Source of the DNA: Planctomycetota bacterium
Lineage (GTDB): Bacteria; Planctomycetota; UBA8108; SXIK01
Reading direction: 5' to 3'
Assembly: GCA_965223265.1 (NCBI GenBank)
Contig: OZ244999.1
Coordinates: 960,001 to 1,024,000, forward strand
Length of the DNA: 64,000 bases
The first letter of the stretch is position 1, and each line of letters starts with the position of its first letter. Of this stretch, positions 29,283 to 41,260 are shown one piece after another. The translations under genes were made by a program, and so were the position numbers. The notes beneath the pieces are model-generated. The model worked only from the letters and a program-made list of their open reading frames with translations, was not told where the DNA came from and made no database searches.

Positions 29283-31583
29283 CTATATCGTTCGCCGTTT
29301 CTCGATCAAGGCGAAAGCCTCAACGACGTCACCCACCTTGATGTCGTCGTATTTCGCGATTTTCAGCCCACACTCGAACCCTTCGCGGACCTCTTTCGTG
29401 TCGTCCTTAAACCGTTTTAAGGAGCTGAGATCGCCCACGTACACGATGCGTCCATCCCTGAGGAGGCGCACCTTGTCGGAGCGTCCGATCGTGCCGTCGA
29501 GCACGATACAACCGGCGATGTTTCCGACCTTTGAGGCCTTGTAGACGCGTCGTATGGCGGCGTGGCCACGAACGTGTTCCTCGTGCTCCGGCGCTAAGCG
29601 CGACTCCATTGCCGCTTTGACTGCGTCCAGTGCTTCATATATGACGCGGTAGATCCGGATTTCGACGCCACGCTCCTCAGCCGCGACCTTGGCCCGTTCG
29701 TCCGCGACCACGTGAAAACCGATGATCATCGCGTCCGAGGCGTCGGCGAGGCCGACGTCGTCTTGGGTGATCGCGCCGACACCGGAGTGTAGAATCGTTA
29801 CCTGCACCTCTTCTGTCGCCAGTTTTTCGATCGCGGAGATCAGCGCCTCACACGAGCCTCTCACGTCCGATTTGACGATCAAACGAAGCTCCTGCTGGTC
29901 GTTCGAACCTTCCAGGGTCTCGAAGAGGTTTTCGGCGCTGATCGCCTTGCGCTGACGCCCAGCGTGATCGCGTTCGCGTTCTCGCTGCGCCCGCGTGTTG
30001 GCGATATCGCGCGCTTTCTGGCCGTCGACGATTGCGTAGAATTTTTCGCCTGCGCTCGGCACGCTGTTCAACCCCGTGATTTGCACGGGCGTTGATGGAG
30101 TCGCTTCTTCCGTCGGCTCCGTGCCGTTGAGCCACATCCTCCGGACCTTGCCGTGGGCCGTACCGGAGACAATGAAGTCGCTGCAGCGAAGGGTGCCGTT
30201 CTGTACCAACACAGTTGCGACCACGCCTTGTTGCGTCGTCGATGCTGCTTCGAGAACGACACCGAGTGCTGAACGCGTCCGGTCGGCGGTCAGTTCCAAG
30301 AGCTCAGCGGTAAGACTGAGCGTCTCTAACAGGTTGTCGATTCCTGCGCCAGTGTGAGCCGACACTTCAACAACTTCGGTGTCGCCATTCCACTCAACTG
30401 GAAGCAGTCCCATTTCTGAGAGCTGCTGCTTACAGCGCATGGGGTTGGCGTTCGCAGAGTCCATCTTGTTGAGCGCGACGACGATCGGTACTCCGGCCGC
30501 CTTGGCGTGATGGTAGGCTTCCTCCGTTTGCGGCATGACACCGTCGTCAGCGGCCACGACGAGTACGGCGATGTCCGTGACGTTGGCGCCTCGAGCTCGC
30601 ATCTCAGTGAATGCTTGGTGTCCTGGCGTGTCGATGAAGACTACATGCGAGTCACCGGAGTCGACGCGATAGGCGCCGAGGTGCTGCGTGATGCCGCCAG
30701 CCTCTTGGCTGGCAACCTTCGTCTCGCGAATCTTGTCCAACAGCGATGTCTTGCCGTGGTCGACGTGGCCCATGAAGGTGACGACCGGTGCGCGCGGCTC
30801 CAAATCCTCAGATTCGGCGTCGTGACTCTCGAGGCCGGAGAGGTACTCTTCGACGTCTTCTTCCTTCTGTGTGAAGCTGACGTCGATGCTGAATTCAAGG
30901 CAAACGAGGGTGACTTGCTCTTCGTCCAGTGTGTCGTTGATCGTCGCGGCTTGTCCGTTGGCCCAAAGAGTCTTGATGATCTGATTGGCTTTCAGCGTTG
31001 TTTGTGCAGAGAGCTCTTTGACGGTGACAGGTAGAATGACCTCGACTTTCTCGGGGCGCTTCACCGCCGTGGCGACTGAGTCTCGACGGCGGGAGCGACC
31101 GCGGCCCCGGACCGGCTGCTTGCGGCTGGAGGAGAAGAACGAGGACGAGTCGTCCATCTCGTCTTGAATAAAGATGCGGACGTGTTTGCGGCCCTTCCCG
31201 TCCTTGTGTCCCTTGCCGGCCTCCGACTCTTTTTCGTCGCCCTTGTCGCCGCGCTTTCGAACGTCGGAAGCGGCTGCGGCGGCCGGACGTGCATCGGTCT
31301 CCGTTCGCCGAGTTCTTCCGGTCGCGGGCTCCGGCTTTGCGCTGGGCGCTGATTCTCTCGTGGTGTCCGTCTTGTTTGTCTTTCCGGTCTTGTTGTTCTT
31401 GGCCGCATCAGCCGGCGCCGCAGGCTGCTTTGGCTTGATGCGGTCCCGAAGAATGTTTGCCACCGGGTCTTCGATGGAAGACATGTGGCTTTTGACCTTC
31501 AAACCTTGAGTGTGCAGGAACTGGATCAGCTCCTTACTGGGCATCCCAAGTTCTTTCGCAAGCTCGTAGATTCTGACGCCCAA
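29283..31583 (-). CDS. infB: Translation initiation factor IF-2
   Basis: [28 protein letters not shown] and EVREGFECG motifs. Likely TTG start at 31583 after AAAGGA; the ORF track starts at 31622. Confidence 0.98.
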   Translation of the reverse strand: MGVRIYELAKELGMPSKELIQFLHTQGLKVKSHMSSIEDPVANILRDRIKPKQPAAPADAAKNNKTGKTNKTDTTRESAPSAKPEPATGRTRRTETDARPAAAAASDVRKRGDKGDEKESEAGKGHKDGKGRKHVRIFIQDEMDDSSSFFSSSRKQPVRGRGRSRRRDSVATAVKRPEKVEVILPVTVKELSAQTTLKANQIIKTLWANGQAATINDTLDEEQVTLVCLEFSIDVSFTQKEEDVEEYLSGLESHDAESEDLEPRAPVVTFMGHVDHGKTSLLDKIRETKVASQEAGGITQHLGAYRVDSGDSHVVFIDTPGHQAFTEMRARGANVTDIAVLVVAADDGVMPQTEEAYHHAKAAGVPIVVALNKMDSANANPMRCKQQLSEMGLLPVEWNGDTEVVEVSAHTGAGIDNLLETLSLTAELLELTADRTRSALGVVLEAASTTQQGVVATVLVQNGTLRCSDFIVSGTAHGKVRRMWLNGTEPTEEATPSTPVQITGLNSVPSAGEKFYAIVDGQKARDIANTRAQRERERDHAGRQRKAISAENLFETLEGSNDQQELRLIVKSDVRGSCEALISAIEKLATEEVQVTILHSGVGAITQDDVGLADASDAMIIGFHVVADERAKVAAEERGVEIRIYRVIYEALDAVKAAMESRLAPEHEEHVRGHAAIRRVYKASKVGNIAGCIVLDGTIGRSDKVRLLRDGRIVYVGDLSSLKRFKDDTKEVREGFECGLKIAKYDDIKVGDVVEAFALIEKRRTI

Positions 31584-31663
31584 TTCGGGTCCTTTCTCAA
31601 GCCAATCGTTTGAATCGGCCACAACCGCGTGCCGGTTCGACCATCATGCCCGCGAATCACGGG

Positions 31664-33181
31664 CTAAAGAGGGGTTTCCCCCGGCTCTTTTTTCGCAGTC
31701 GCCGCATCGACGACCGGCGCGTCGTTGTTGGCGCCGACCGACTCCGCGGGAGCTGCCTCCGACGGCGCCGCGGCTGTGTCGTCGTCGTTCGCATCGCTAA
31801 ACGGTCCACTGCTGGATGCTTCGTTTGTTGGAGCTGGTTCCGAGGGCTCCCGGAGTTCGTCGCTCGAAGTTGGCGTTTCACTCGGTGTTGCGTCGGCCTC
31901 GGTGCCAGCGTCCAACTCATGAGCAGGCGCTTCGGTACCTGACACCACCGCGTCGGCATTCTCCATCGCCGTGGCGTTTTCGTCGTCAGTTGAATCGGTT
32001 GAAGTCGCGGTCTCCGAAGTCTCAGTCTCCGAAGTCTCAGTCTCCGAAGTCGCGGTCTCCGAAGTCTCAGTCTCGGACTCTTGATCCTCAGGCGTCGCGG
32101 CTGCCCCGGAAGGTTCACTTCCAGCTTCACCTGCAGACGAAGCGTCCGCGCCGTCGGCGGCAGCTTCTCCCGCGCCCGCTGCGGTTTCAGTGTCGCCGCC
32201 CTCGGATTCGGAAATGGTTTCGCCTTGCCGTAGTTTCTCGATGTCTTCTTCCGACACCTTGACGATGTCGAGGTCCCACTTCGCCAGCTTCGAGGCCAAT
32301 CGCACGTTCTGACCATTCTTGCCGATGGCGAGCGACTGTTGGTCTGATCGGACGTAAACCTTCGCCCGAGTGTTTTCATAGTCAAGATCCATGGAGGTGA
32401 TCTCGGCAGGCTTCAAGGCGTTCATGATCAACACTTCAACGGACTCGTTCCAGCGCACGATATCGATCTTTTCGCCGAACAGTTCGTCGACGATGTTTTT
32501 GATTCGTGAACCGCGCACGCCGACGCACGCGCCGACGCAATCGACGTTCGAGTCGTAAGTGGTGACCGCGATTTTTGTGCGGTAGCCCGGTTCGCGAACG
32601 ATGTCCATGATCTCGATGACCTTCTCTGCGATCTCGGGAACTTCGAGTTCGAAGAGAGCCTTGACGAATGCTGGACTGGTGCGCGACAGGGTGATCTTGA
32701 CGCGATGGTTTTTCTTTACGTCCTGGACGAGAACCTTGATGCGTTCGCCGACGCGAAACTTCTCGCCAGGGACCTGATGCGAGCGCGGTAGGAACCCCTC
32801 CGTCTTGCCACTCCCGAGGTTGACGATGAGATTCGAGTTCTCCGAGCGCTGAACGACGCCTGTTACTAGTTTGTCCAGCCGATGTTCGTATTCCGCGAAC
32901 ACCTTGTCACGCTCGGCCTCGCGGATCTTTTGGAACAAGACCTGCTTGCCCTGCAGCGCTGCCAGCCGTCCCAGGTCGCTGATCGGGACGACCGTTTCAC
33001 CCTCGAAAACAGTGGTTTCCCCGGTTTCCCGGTCGATCGTGACGCGAACGTCGGTCTCCTCACCAACCTTTTTCTTGACGGCAGTGACGATGCAGGCCTC
33101 GACCCCCTGGAAAATGATTTCCTTGTCGATGTCTTTGTCGCGGTGGATGGTATCCACCAGCCTGAGGATTTCGCCATTCAT
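31664..33181 (-). CDS. nusA: Transcription termination factor NusA with long acidic tail
   Basis: LFELEVPEI, REPGYRTKIAV, GACVGVRGSRI and SLAIGKNGQNVRLA motifs. Confidence 0.97.
   Translation of the reverse strand: MNGEILRLVDTIHRDKDIDKEIIFQGVEACIVTAVKKKVGEETDVRVTIDRETGETTVFEGETVVPISDLGRLAALQGKQVLFQKIREAERDKVFAEYEHRLDKLVTGVVQRSENSNLIVNLGSGKTEGFLPRSHQVPGEKFRVGERIKVLVQDVKKNHRVKITLSRTSPAFVKALFELEVPEIAEKVIEIMDIVREPGYRTKIAVTTYDSNVDCVGACVGVRGSRIKNIVDELFGEKIDIVRWNESVEVLIMNALKPAEITSMDLDYENTRAKVYVRSDQQSLAIGKNGQNVRLASKLAKWDLDIVKVSEEDIEKLRQGETISESEGGDTETAAGAGEAAADGADASSAGEAGSEPSGAAATPEDQESETETSETATSETETSETETSETATSTDSTDDENATAMENADAVVSGTEAPAHELDAGTEADATPSETPTSSDELREPSEPAPTNEASSSGPFSDANDDDTAAAPSEAAPAESVGANNDAPVVDAATAKKEPGETPL
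32001..32075. repeat. In-frame 15-bp tandem repeat x5 in the nusA tail
   Basis: GAAGTC(GCG/TCA)GTCTCC units encoding SETET/SETAT. Confidence 0.85.
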
Positions 33182-33403
33182 ATGGAGTGGCTCCAGAGGG
33201 GAACGTCAACGCGACCGCAACTCGGCGGCCGACCGCGTGGCAGCGGAGAAGACACTAACTTACATGTTGGAAGCCATTTAGTAAAGCCCATCCCACCGCG
33301 CCGACGCACCGTTCGACGTTGCGCAGAAGTCACGCCGAGCCGCGTCGAAAAGTGTAATTTGTTGCCCGCGCGCAGGTTAGGGCCAGGCTTCGGGAAACCC
33401 GTC

Positions 33404-33431
33404 ATCATAGGGCGTCGCTGGGCCCTGTCAA
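33404..33431 (-). promoter_or_regulatory. Sigma70-type promoter of the nusA operon
   Basis: Minus strand TTGACA-16 nt-TATGAT. Confidence 0.65.
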
Positions 33432-33573
33432 GTCTCGGCAGCACGCCGCCTTAGCGACCTCCTCGGCGCTTTCGTGGGAGCGAAAACTGCTCCTGAAACC
33501 GCTCGGTTGTCACCATGCGGGCCGCAGCCGCACCGCGGATGGCGGCCGCCGTTTCAACGGGCTGTTAGCTTAG

Positions 33574-33751
33574 CAGCCCGTTGAAAAAGTCATTCGGCCG
33601 AGAAACTGGCCTCTTCACGCCCAGATCGACCGCGGCGAGCCTCGCCGTGTATATCTTATAGAAGAGGGCTCGGAGATTACCTGCGTTCGCCGCGACCGAT
33701 CTGGACGCGAAGCGACCAGTTTTCGACTCGAAGCACTTTTTCAACAGGCTG
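33574..33751. mobile_element. Palindromic MITE, copy B
   Basis: Same TIRs as copy A with TTAG duplicated on both sides; an extra orphan right end sits at 33552-33564. Confidence 0.8.
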
Positions 33752-34537
33752 TTAGGGGATCCGCCGATTTCCTTGGGGCCGAGGTTTCTGCGCGGCGGGT
33801 TTCTGAGCGGCGGCAACTTTTCTGTACGGCGCGAAGTGCCACGAGAGAGCGCGGAACGTATGCACCGGAAATGCGTTCGACCCGGCGCGCCACGCCGCCA
33901 CCAGCTGGGCCCAGAGCTGCGGCACATCGGTGATGCGATCGACGTCATCTAACTTGTGAAGCAGTAAGTGCTTGAGATGTCGAGTGGCGGCCCGCCGGAG
34001 GGTGCATTCGAGTACCCTCGGCGTGCTCCAGGGAATGTTCCGAAAGATCTCGGGGGCCGGACGGCTCAGTCCGATCAGGTAGTAGCCGCCATCACCCGAC
34101 GGCCCTAAGACCAGGTCACAGGTTTTGAGCGCTTTGAAGGCGGAGATGATCTCTTGCTGACCGAGCAGCGGGCAGTCGGTTCCAATGATCACAGCGCGTT
34201 CGCATCCGGAGGCGAACATCGAGGCGAACGTTGCTGCCATGCGAGCCCCCAAGTCGCCGTCCGCCTGCGGGCATAAGGCGAATCGGGATAGCATTTTACG
34301 AGGAAGTAACGAGGCGCACAGGGGGCGCTGCTCCGGAGGGCTGAACTCGGCCCGCAGCGTGTCCACCTTGCAGCCGCCCACCCAGGCGAGAGTGTCCCGC
34401 ACGAAGGCGCGGTAAAGTTCGGTGGCGGCTGACCTACCGCTGTCCCGGGCCAGGCGGGTTTTCACGCGCCCGGGTTGCGGTGCCTTGAGGTAGACCGCGA
34501 GAGCGGTCTTGTTGCGAGCGCCACTGCGCGTTGTCAT
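33752..34537 (-). CDS. DUF2064/TIGR04282-family glycosyltransferase-like protein
   Basis: KAPQPGRVKTRL, QADGDLGARM, IGTDCP, LGPSGDGGYYLIG and LDDVD motifs. Confidence 0.88.
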   Translation of the reverse strand: MTTRSGARNKTALAVYLKAPQPGRVKTRLARDSGRSAATELYRAFVRDTLAWVGGCKVDTLRAEFSPPEQRPLCASLLPRKMLSRFALCPQADGDLGARMAATFASMFASGCERAVIIGTDCPLLGQQEIISAFKALKTCDLVLGPSGDGGYYLIGLSRPAPEIFRNIPWSTPRVLECTLRRAATRHLKHLLLHKLDDVDRITDVPQLWAQLVAAWRAGSNAFPVHTFRALSWHFAPYRKVAAAQKPAAQKPRPQGNRRIP

Positions 34538-34755
34538 GATCGCGGCGAGGATGACACAGCCCCGTGAGCGGATCGAGGGGTTTTTCGGACGGATCGTTCG
34601 TGCCGGGCGACATCTGTGACTCTCTGGCGGCGCCACGAGCCTTCGTTGGTCACGCTCCCTTGTGCTGCAGGCTGTTAGCTAGACGCAGCCGATCTGGGCT
34701 TCGTCAGTCTAAGCGCAGCTGAGTTGGAGACGACCCGACCCTCGCCCCGGCCGCT

Positions 34756-34805
34756 CTGGACGCAGCGGCAAGCCCTCAGCTCGAAGCACTTTTTCAGGCA
34801 GGCTG
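34756..34805. repeat. Degenerate MITE right arm
   Basis: CTGGACGC..TCGAAGCACTTTTTCAGGCAGGCTG followed by TTAA. Confidence 0.55.
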
Positions 34806-35246
34806 TTAAAGCTCCTTGGAGTCGACTCCGAAACAGATGGAGTGGGGAAAAATGGAGCCGAGTCGCGCCGTGTCGAGGCCGGCTGGAATCCCGGACGTCT
34901 TGTTTAACTGAGCGGTCGCCTGGAGGACCAGGTACAATCACGATGTCGTGGGCGAAACGAAACAGTTCATTCGGTGCTGCGCCCGGGCCATCCCCGCGGC
35001 CGCCGATCGCACGTCTCCGCTCCGGGGGCGTCGGGGGGGCGAGCTGTCGCGGTGAGCGCCGGCGTCCGGCCCATCGACTTCGCCTTTGTTCGCTTGCCGA
35101 ACTTCTCGCCCATCGTCAGGCGAGTGGCTCGCCTGCATGGCGGCGCCAGCGTACGTGCGACGGATTCGCCATGCGTCACGCGACAGGAAAGCGCTCCCCA
35201 GGCAGCTCTGCGAGAAGTTCTGTACGGTAATCCATACGGTACCCCT

Positions 35247-35789
35247 ATGAAGTGTCAGGCGTGCGGCGATAACGAAGCCACGGTCCACTTGACGGACGTT
35301 TCGAACAACGAGAAACGCGAGGTTCACCTCTGCGAGGATTGTGCCCGCGCACAGCAGGTGACGATCAAGAGTTACCTCCACAAACAGTCGTCGAAGCCGC
35401 AGAAGCAGCCGTTCGAGATCCTCTCGAAACTTGTTCAGTCGCAGACGGAGAGCTATCCGGACGAAAAGGAGCTCGCGTGCCCGCGCTGTGGGACGACGTA
35501 TAAGACGTTTCGAGCGACGGGAAAGTTTGGCTGCCCCAACGACTATGCCGTCTTTAAACAGGGACTCGTGAACCTGCTTGAAAAGATTCACGGCAAAGTG
35601 CAGCACGCGGGAAAAGTGCCTCTGCGTGCGAGCGATCAGATCGAGAGACAACGTCAACTGCGCGCTCTCAGGGCGGAGCTTGAACGCGCCGTGCAAGGCG
35701 AAGCGTATGAGAAAGCAGCCGAGATTCGAGACAGGATATATGACCTTGAAGGGCGCGAGAGAAGCGAAGAACTCGATGGACCTGAATGA
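35247..35789 (+). CDS. mcsA: McsA-like protein arginine kinase activator (UvrB/UvrC motif)
   Basis: CQAC, CEDC, CPRC, GCPNDY and EAYEKAAEIRDRI motifs. Confidence 0.9.
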   Translation: MKCQACGDNEATVHLTDVSNNEKREVHLCEDCARAQQVTIKSYLHKQSSKPQKQPFEILSKLVQSQTESYPDEKELACPRCGTTYKTFRATGKFGCPNDYAVFKQGLVNLLEKIHGKVQHAGKVPLRASDQIERQRQLRALRAELERAVQGEAYEKAAEIRDRIYDLEGRERSEELDGPE

Positions 35790-36891
35790 GATCCCAGCAG
35801 GCGTTGGTGAATGGCTCGGCGGGACAGGACCCGAGTCAGACATCGTCATCAGCTCACGTATAAGGCTGGCGCGCAATCTCGCGGAGTACCCGTTCCTTTC
35901 GCGCGCCACGCCGAAGGAGCGTGGCGAGGTGGAGCGACGCATTCGCAAGGCGCTCCTCGAAGCGGGTCTGGCCGACGATATGAGCTATTTGACGCTGCCG
36001 CCGCTGTCGTCGGTCGATCGCCTGTTTCTTGTTGAGCGTCACCTCATCAGCCGTGAGCACGCATTCGGGAAAGGTCCACGCGGAGTTGGACTCGGTGCTA
36101 ACGAAACGATTAGCATCATGGTCAATGAAGAGGATCATCTGCGCATCCAAGGGCTGAACTCCGGGTTTCAGCTGCGCGCGACGTGGGAGCGCGTCGACGA
36201 AGCCGATACCGTGATCGAGCGGGAGCTGAGTTACGCGTTTCACCCGCAGTTTGGCTATCTCACGATTTGTCCGACGAATGTTGGCACCGGCTTGCGGGCC
36301 TCCGTCATGCTACACCTTCCCGCGCTCGTCATGACGAGACAGATCGACAAGGTGTTTCAAGCCGTCTCGAAGATCAGTCTCGCGGTGCGCGGCCTCTACG
36401 GCGAAGGGACGCAGGCCTCGGGTGACTTCTACCAGATTTCTAATCAACCGACGCTGGGCAAGAGTGAGCTTGAAATCATCCTCAACATTGAGCGGGTCAT
36501 TCCGAAGATCATCGAATACGAACGCACGGTACGTGAGAGCCTTCTCGAACAGCGTCGCGAGGTCGTCGAGGACAAGGTCTGGCGAGCCTATGGCATGCTT
36601 CAGACCGCGCGCACGATCAATTCTGGCGAAACCATGGAGCTGCTGTCAGCAGTGCGGATGGGCGTCAACCTGCAGATCATTCACGACGTCGAAATTTCGA
36701 CGGTGAACGAGCTCTTTATCCTGACGCAGCCAGCTCACCTGCAGAAAATGGAGCGTTCTGAGCTCAACAGTCCCGAGCGCGACATCATGCGTGCCACGTT
36801 TATCCGCAACCGACTCTTGCAGGGAAGTCGGCGGCAGCGCCAGCCCGAAGAGGACGGCGACAAGGATACCAACACGAGCGCGTCGAAGTAG
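35776..36891 (+). CDS. mcsB: Protein arginine kinase
   Basis: SSRIRLARN, LVERHLIS, MVNEEDHLRIQ, CPTNVGTGLRASVMLHLP and RGLYGEG motifs. Confidence 0.95.
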   Translation: MDLNEIPAGVGEWLGGTGPESDIVISSRIRLARNLAEYPFLSRATPKERGEVERRIRKALLEAGLADDMSYLTLPPLSSVDRLFLVERHLISREHAFGKGPRGVGLGANETISIMVNEEDHLRIQGLNSGFQLRATWERVDEADTVIERELSYAFHPQFGYLTICPTNVGTGLRASVMLHLPALVMTRQIDKVFQAVSKISLAVRGLYGEGTQASGDFYQISNQPTLGKSELEIILNIERVIPKIIEYERTVRESLLEQRREVVEDKVWRAYGMLQTARTINSGETMELLSAVRMGVNLQIIHDVEISTVNELFILTQPAHLQKMERSELNSPERDIMRATFIRNRLLQGSRRQRQPEEDGDKDTNTSASK

Positions 36892-37279
36892 CGCTCGACG
36901 CCCGCCCGACTTGACGGTAATTCCCTTGAAAAGCAGCCTCAGCGTCGCAAGATGACCCATATTATCGGGACATTCAAGACGGCTCCGCTCGATCGGTTCT
37001 CGGCTGTGAAGGCACCGCATCCTCGGCAGTGTTGCCCCTGAAGCGTGCCTCGGGCGCGCCTGCTAGGCCGCCGATCGTCTGCTGCCGGTGTCTCGGTCAG
37101 CGGGCATTCAGAAAAGCGAGTAGAATTCCGAGAAACACTGAGAGCTCGAGTTGGTTCGGGCTGCGGCGATCCCGTCACGATCGTCGCTGCCTCTGGGAAC
37201 CTCATGAGCCTACGTCTGCACAGCAGCCGACGACAGAACAGCGGACGACTGCAGAGAGATTACGAGAGGAATTTCATCC

Positions 37280-39805
37280 ATGTTTGATCGTTTCACGGAC
37301 AGAGCCCGACGAGTCATGGCGCTGGCGCGCAAGGAGGCGCAGCGATTCAACCATGATTTTATCGGCACGGAGCACATCCTTCTGGGATTGATCCAAGAAG
37401 GCAGTGGTGTTGCCGCAAGTGTCCTGAAGAATCTTGGCGTTGAGACGGAGAAAATCCGGCGCGAGATCGAGAAGAACGTCCAGTCGGGGCCCTCGATGGT
37501 CACGATGGGCCAACTTCCATTCACGCCGCGCGCCAAGAAGGTGCTCGAGCTTTCGATGGAAGAGGCGCACGAGCTCGGCCACAACTACATTGGCACAGAA
37601 CATTTGCTTCTCGGGTTGATTCGTGAGAACGACGGCGTCGCCGCTCAGGTCCTTCTCGACCTCGACCTCAAACTCGAGGAAGTCCGCGAAGCGGTCCTCG
37701 AGCTTCTGGGCGCCGAATCTTCAATGCAGTCTGAGTCGTCTGTCTCTTCGTCGTCGCAGTCCAAGAGCGGACGTTCCAAGACGCCGGCGCTCGATGCGTT
37801 CGGTCGCGACCTGACCGAGCTGGCTCGCGACGGCAAGCTCGACCCGGTGATTGGACGGCACGACGAGATCGAGCGCGTCATCCAGATTCTCAGCCGCCGG
37901 ACGAAGAACAATCCGGTTCTGCTCGGCGAGCCGGGTGTCGGCAAGACGGCTATCGTTGAGGGTCTGGCGCAAGACGTGGTCAACGGTAACGTCCCAGAGT
38001 TACTGCGGGACCGGCGCATCGTTGTTCTCGATTTGGCCATGATGGTGGCTGGTACGAAGTACCGCGGTCAGTTTGAAGAGCGCATCAAGGCTGTCATGAC
38101 CGAAGTGCGGCGCGTCAAGAATGTCATCCTGTTCATTGACGAGCTGCACACGCTCGTCGGTGCTGGTGGTGCGGAGGGCGCCATCGACGCCTCTAACGTG
38201 TTGAAGCCGGCGCTCTCGCGCGGCGAAGTGCAGTGCATCGGGGCGACGACTCTCGATGAGTACCGCAAGTTCATTGAAAAGGACGGCGCGCTTGAGCGGC
38301 GTTTTCAAGTGATCATGGTCAATCCACCTTCGAAGGCGGAGACGATCGAGATCCTCAAGGGGCTACGCGACAAGTATGAAGCGCACCACCGCGTTCAGAT
38401 CACTGATGACGCGCTGGAGTCGGCCGTCGAGTTGTCGACGCGGTATATCTCTGGACGCTTCCTGCCGGACAAGGCGATCGATGTGATCGATGAAGCAGGT
38501 TCGCGGGTGCGAATGCGGACCATGACGAGGCCGCCGGACCTTAAGGACCTGGAACGCGAGATCGAAGAACTCAACAAGGAGAAAGAGGCCGCCGTCGCCC
38601 TACAAGATTTCGAACGCGCGGCGAACTTGCGTGATCAGGCCGACAAGCTGAAGAAGAAGAAAGAACAGATCAAGCGCGAGTGGCGGGAACAGTCGTCGGA
38701 GAGTGGTGGAGTTGTTGACGAAGAAGTCGTGGCTGAAACCGTCTCGAAAATGACCGGGATTCCCCTGACGCGACTTGAGAAGGCGGAGTCGGAGCGCCTG
38801 CTCGGCATGGAGTCGGAGCTCGCCAAGAGCGTCGTGGCGCAGAGACCGGCCATCACTGCGATCTCGCGTGCTGTGCGTCGTTCACGCTCCGGGCTTAAGG
38901 ACCCGCGTCGACCGGTCGGGTCGTTCATTTTTCTCGGGCCGACCGGCGTCGGAAAGACGCTCCTTGCGAAGGCGCTCGCGAAGTTTATGTTCGGTGAAGC
39001 CGACGCGATCATTCAGATCGACATGTCGGAATACATGGAGAAGCACAACGTTTCTCGACTCGTCGGCGCGCCCCCGGGATACGTCGGATTCGAGGAGGGA
39101 GGTCAGTTGACCGAGAAGGTCAGACGACGCCCGTACGCGGTGATCCTTTTCGACGAGATTGAGAAGGCGCACCACGATGTCTTCAACATGCTGCTGCAGA
39201 TCATGGAGGAAGGCCAGCTGACGGACAGCTTCGGCCGTCACATCGACTTCCGCAACACGATCCTCATCATGACGTCGAACATCGGCGCCAACGTGATCAA
39301 GAATCAATCGAGTCTCGGATTCAAACGTACCTCGGTCGATCGCAGTTATGAAGAGATGAAGAAGGAACTTCTCGACGAGGTCGAGAAGAACTTCCGTCCC
39401 GAGTTTCTTAACCGACTCGACGAGATCATCGTCTTTCAGAGTCTACTGCGCGACGATCTGCGCGAGATCATCAATATCGAGATGGCTCACGTTCAGGACC
39501 GACTGCGCAGCCAGGGTCTTCACGTGACGCTCACCGACGCGGCGAAGGACTTTCTGATCGATACGGGGTACAACCCCGAGTACGGCGCCCGACCGCTGCG
39601 CCGCGCGATCGAGCAGAATCTCGAGGATCCACTCGCCGAGGAGCTTCTTCGCGGCGCCTTGACTGGTAAGAACGAGCTCCTGATCGAGGTGCGAGACGGC
39701 CGGCTCTACTTCAACGCCACGCGTGTTGATGAACCGGAAAAGGATTCTCCGGGCGACGAGGAGTCGATCGAGCCGCAGGAGGCCACGGCAGCAGATTCCG
39801 ACTGA
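37280..39805 (+). CDS. clpC: ATP-dependent Clp protease ATP-binding subunit ClpC
   Basis: [12 protein letters not shown], two Walker A motifs ([16 protein letters not shown]), UVR motif and LGF loop. Confidence 0.97.
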   Translation: MFDRFTDRARRVMALARKEAQRFNHDFIGTEHILLGLIQEGSGVAASVLKNLGVETEKIRREIEKNVQSGPSMVTMGQLPFTPRAKKVLELSMEEAHELGHNYIGTEHLLLGLIRENDGVAAQVLLDLDLKLEEVREAVLELLGAESSMQSESSVSSSSQSKSGRSKTPALDAFGRDLTELARDGKLDPVIGRHDEIERVIQILSRRTKNNPVLLGEPGVGKTAIVEGLAQDVVNGNVPELLRDRRIVVLDLAMMVAGTKYRGQFEERIKAVMTEVRRVKNVILFIDELHTLVGAGGAEGAIDASNVLKPALSRGEVQCIGATTLDEYRKFIEKDGALERRFQVIMVNPPSKAETIEILKGLRDKYEAHHRVQITDDALESAVELSTRYISGRFLPDKAIDVIDEAGSRVRMRTMTRPPDLKDLEREIEELNKEKEAAVALQDFERAANLRDQADKLKKKKEQIKREWREQSSESGGVVDEEVVAETVSKMTGIPLTRLEKAESERLLGMESELAKSVVAQRPAITAISRAVRRSRSGLKDPRRPVGSFIFLGPTGVGKTLLAKALAKFMFGEADAIIQIDMSEYMEKHNVSRLVGAPPGYVGFEEGGQLTEKVRRRPYAVILFDEIEKAHHDVFNMLLQIMEEGQLTDSFGRHIDFRNTILIMTSNIGANVIKNQSSLGFKRTSVDRSYEEMKKELLDEVEKNFRPEFLNRLDEIIVFQSLLRDDLREIINIEMAHVQDRLRSQGLHVTLTDAAKDFLIDTGYNPEYGARPLRRAIEQNLEDPLAEELLRGALTGKNELLIEVRDGRLYFNATRVDEPEKDSPGDEESIEPQEATAADSD

Positions 39806-39846
39806 CGGTCGATCCGCCTGGGTCGTTCTCCGTCCGTGAGCGGCGT

Positions 39847-41196
39847 TCAGCTTGGCTGCCGTTGGCGGCTGTGTGCCAGTGGACGCAAGCGTCCCGCGAG
39901 GTAGAACGACCCGGTGACGATCACAGTCCCTGCGTGCTCTAGCGCGGTGGCGAACGCCATTTCAGCGGGTTCGAGCACTTCGCCGCGGCCGACGCGCTGC
40001 CGGAGAACCTCCGGATCTTCCGATCGTACTGAGTCGCCGCGGGTGAAAATTAGGGAACCCGAGAATCGCTGTAGTTCGGCTGCGATGCGTTCCAGTTGTT
40101 TTCCTTTGGCGAGCGAGAACACCGTGCACCACGGGGCCGGCGCGCCGTGTTCGTTGAGGGTCGCCCGGAGCGCAGCGACGCCTTCGGGCGTGTGTGCGCT
40201 GTCGACCACGACGAGTGGATCGCCGGGAAAGAACTCGGCGCGCGCCGGAAGGGACAACTGCTCGAGTGCACGGGCGATGGCGTCCGCCTCGACGCGTCGT
40301 CCCTCGGCACTAAGGATGCTCTCGTACACGTGAAGGGCGATCGCTAGATTCCGGCGCAGTGCCGGGCCAAGCACGGCGCCGGCCGCTGCTGAAACGCCGT
40401 AGCGTGGCGCCTCGATTTTGGCTTCGTCCGCTTCAGCGTCGACGGCGAGGACGTCGCGGCAGGCGCTGTTGAGCACGGTGATCGGCGCGTCGTTTTCGGC
40501 CGCGACGTGACGGATGACCTCTTCTGCCTCCGCCATCACCGGACCAACAACTAGGGGCACGCGGGGCTTGATGATTCCGGCTTTCTCTTTCGCGATGGCG
40601 GCGAGTGTGTCACCCAGCTGCGCGGTGTGCTCCAAACCGATCGACGTGATCACCGTGCGCTGCGGGGTGACGACGTTCGTCGCATCGAGCCGGCCACCGA
40701 GCCCGACTTCGAGGATCGCCCAGTCGACCGCATCGCGGCGAAAGACCAGGAGCGCGAGCGCCGTCATGAGCTCGAAAAAAGTCGGAAAGAACCGAGGTTC
40801 CTCGTCACGGATCGCCGTCAAGATGGGTACCACGCGGTTGACCGTATCGACGAGCACAGACTCCGAGACCGAGGCGCCGTTGAGTCGAATTCGCTCGGAG
40901 AGATGTTCAACATGCGGCGACAAGTAGACCCCGACTCGATGCCCCGCGGCGGTCAGGAGCGCCTCCAGCATGAGTGCTGTCGATCCCTTTCCCTTCGTGC
41001 CCGCAATGTGCACAATGCGCAGGGAATCCTGCGGCTCACCGCATCGCGTGAGTAGCCGGCGTATGCGCGACAGCCCCAGTGTTCGTTTGTCGTGCTGGAA
41101 TTGGCCGAGGCGTTCGTAGTTTGTGAACTGCGCCAGAAAGAGCTCGAAGTCGCGGAAACTCTCGAGCGGCAGTATGGGACCCTTGGGATAGTTCAC
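39847..41196 (-). CDS. folC: Folylpolyglutamate synthase/dihydrofolate synthase
   Basis: HIAGTKGKGST, SPH, EVGLGGRLDATN, KAGII, DSAH and TGSFYL motifs. Confidence 0.95.
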   Translation of the reverse strand: MNYPKGPILPLESFRDFELFLAQFTNYERLGQFQHDKRTLGLSRIRRLLTRCGEPQDSLRIVHIAGTKGKGSTALMLEALLTAAGHRVGVYLSPHVEHLSERIRLNGASVSESVLVDTVNRVVPILTAIRDEEPRFFPTFFELMTALALLVFRRDAVDWAILEVGLGGRLDATNVVTPQRTVITSIGLEHTAQLGDTLAAIAKEKAGIIKPRVPLVVGPVMAEAEEVIRHVAAENDAPITVLNSACRDVLAVDAEADEAKIEAPRYGVSAAAGAVLGPALRRNLAIALHVYESILSAEGRRVEADAIARALEQLSLPARAEFFPGDPLVVVDSAHTPEGVAALRATLNEHGAPAPWCTVFSLAKGKQLERIAAELQRFSGSLIFTRGDSVRSEDPEVLRQRVGRGEVLEPAEMAFATALEHAGTVIVTGSFYLAGRLRPLAHSRQRQPS

Positions 41197-41260
41197 AGGG
41201 CGACGGGTCGGTGGTCGAGAAGGGCTGTTGTAGAAAAGACTTGGTGACGAGAAGATTCAT

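Noticed and set aside
36925-36962. Sigma32-like promoter (CTTGAA..CCCATAT) before clpC
   Set aside because: The spacer is about 25 nt, too long.
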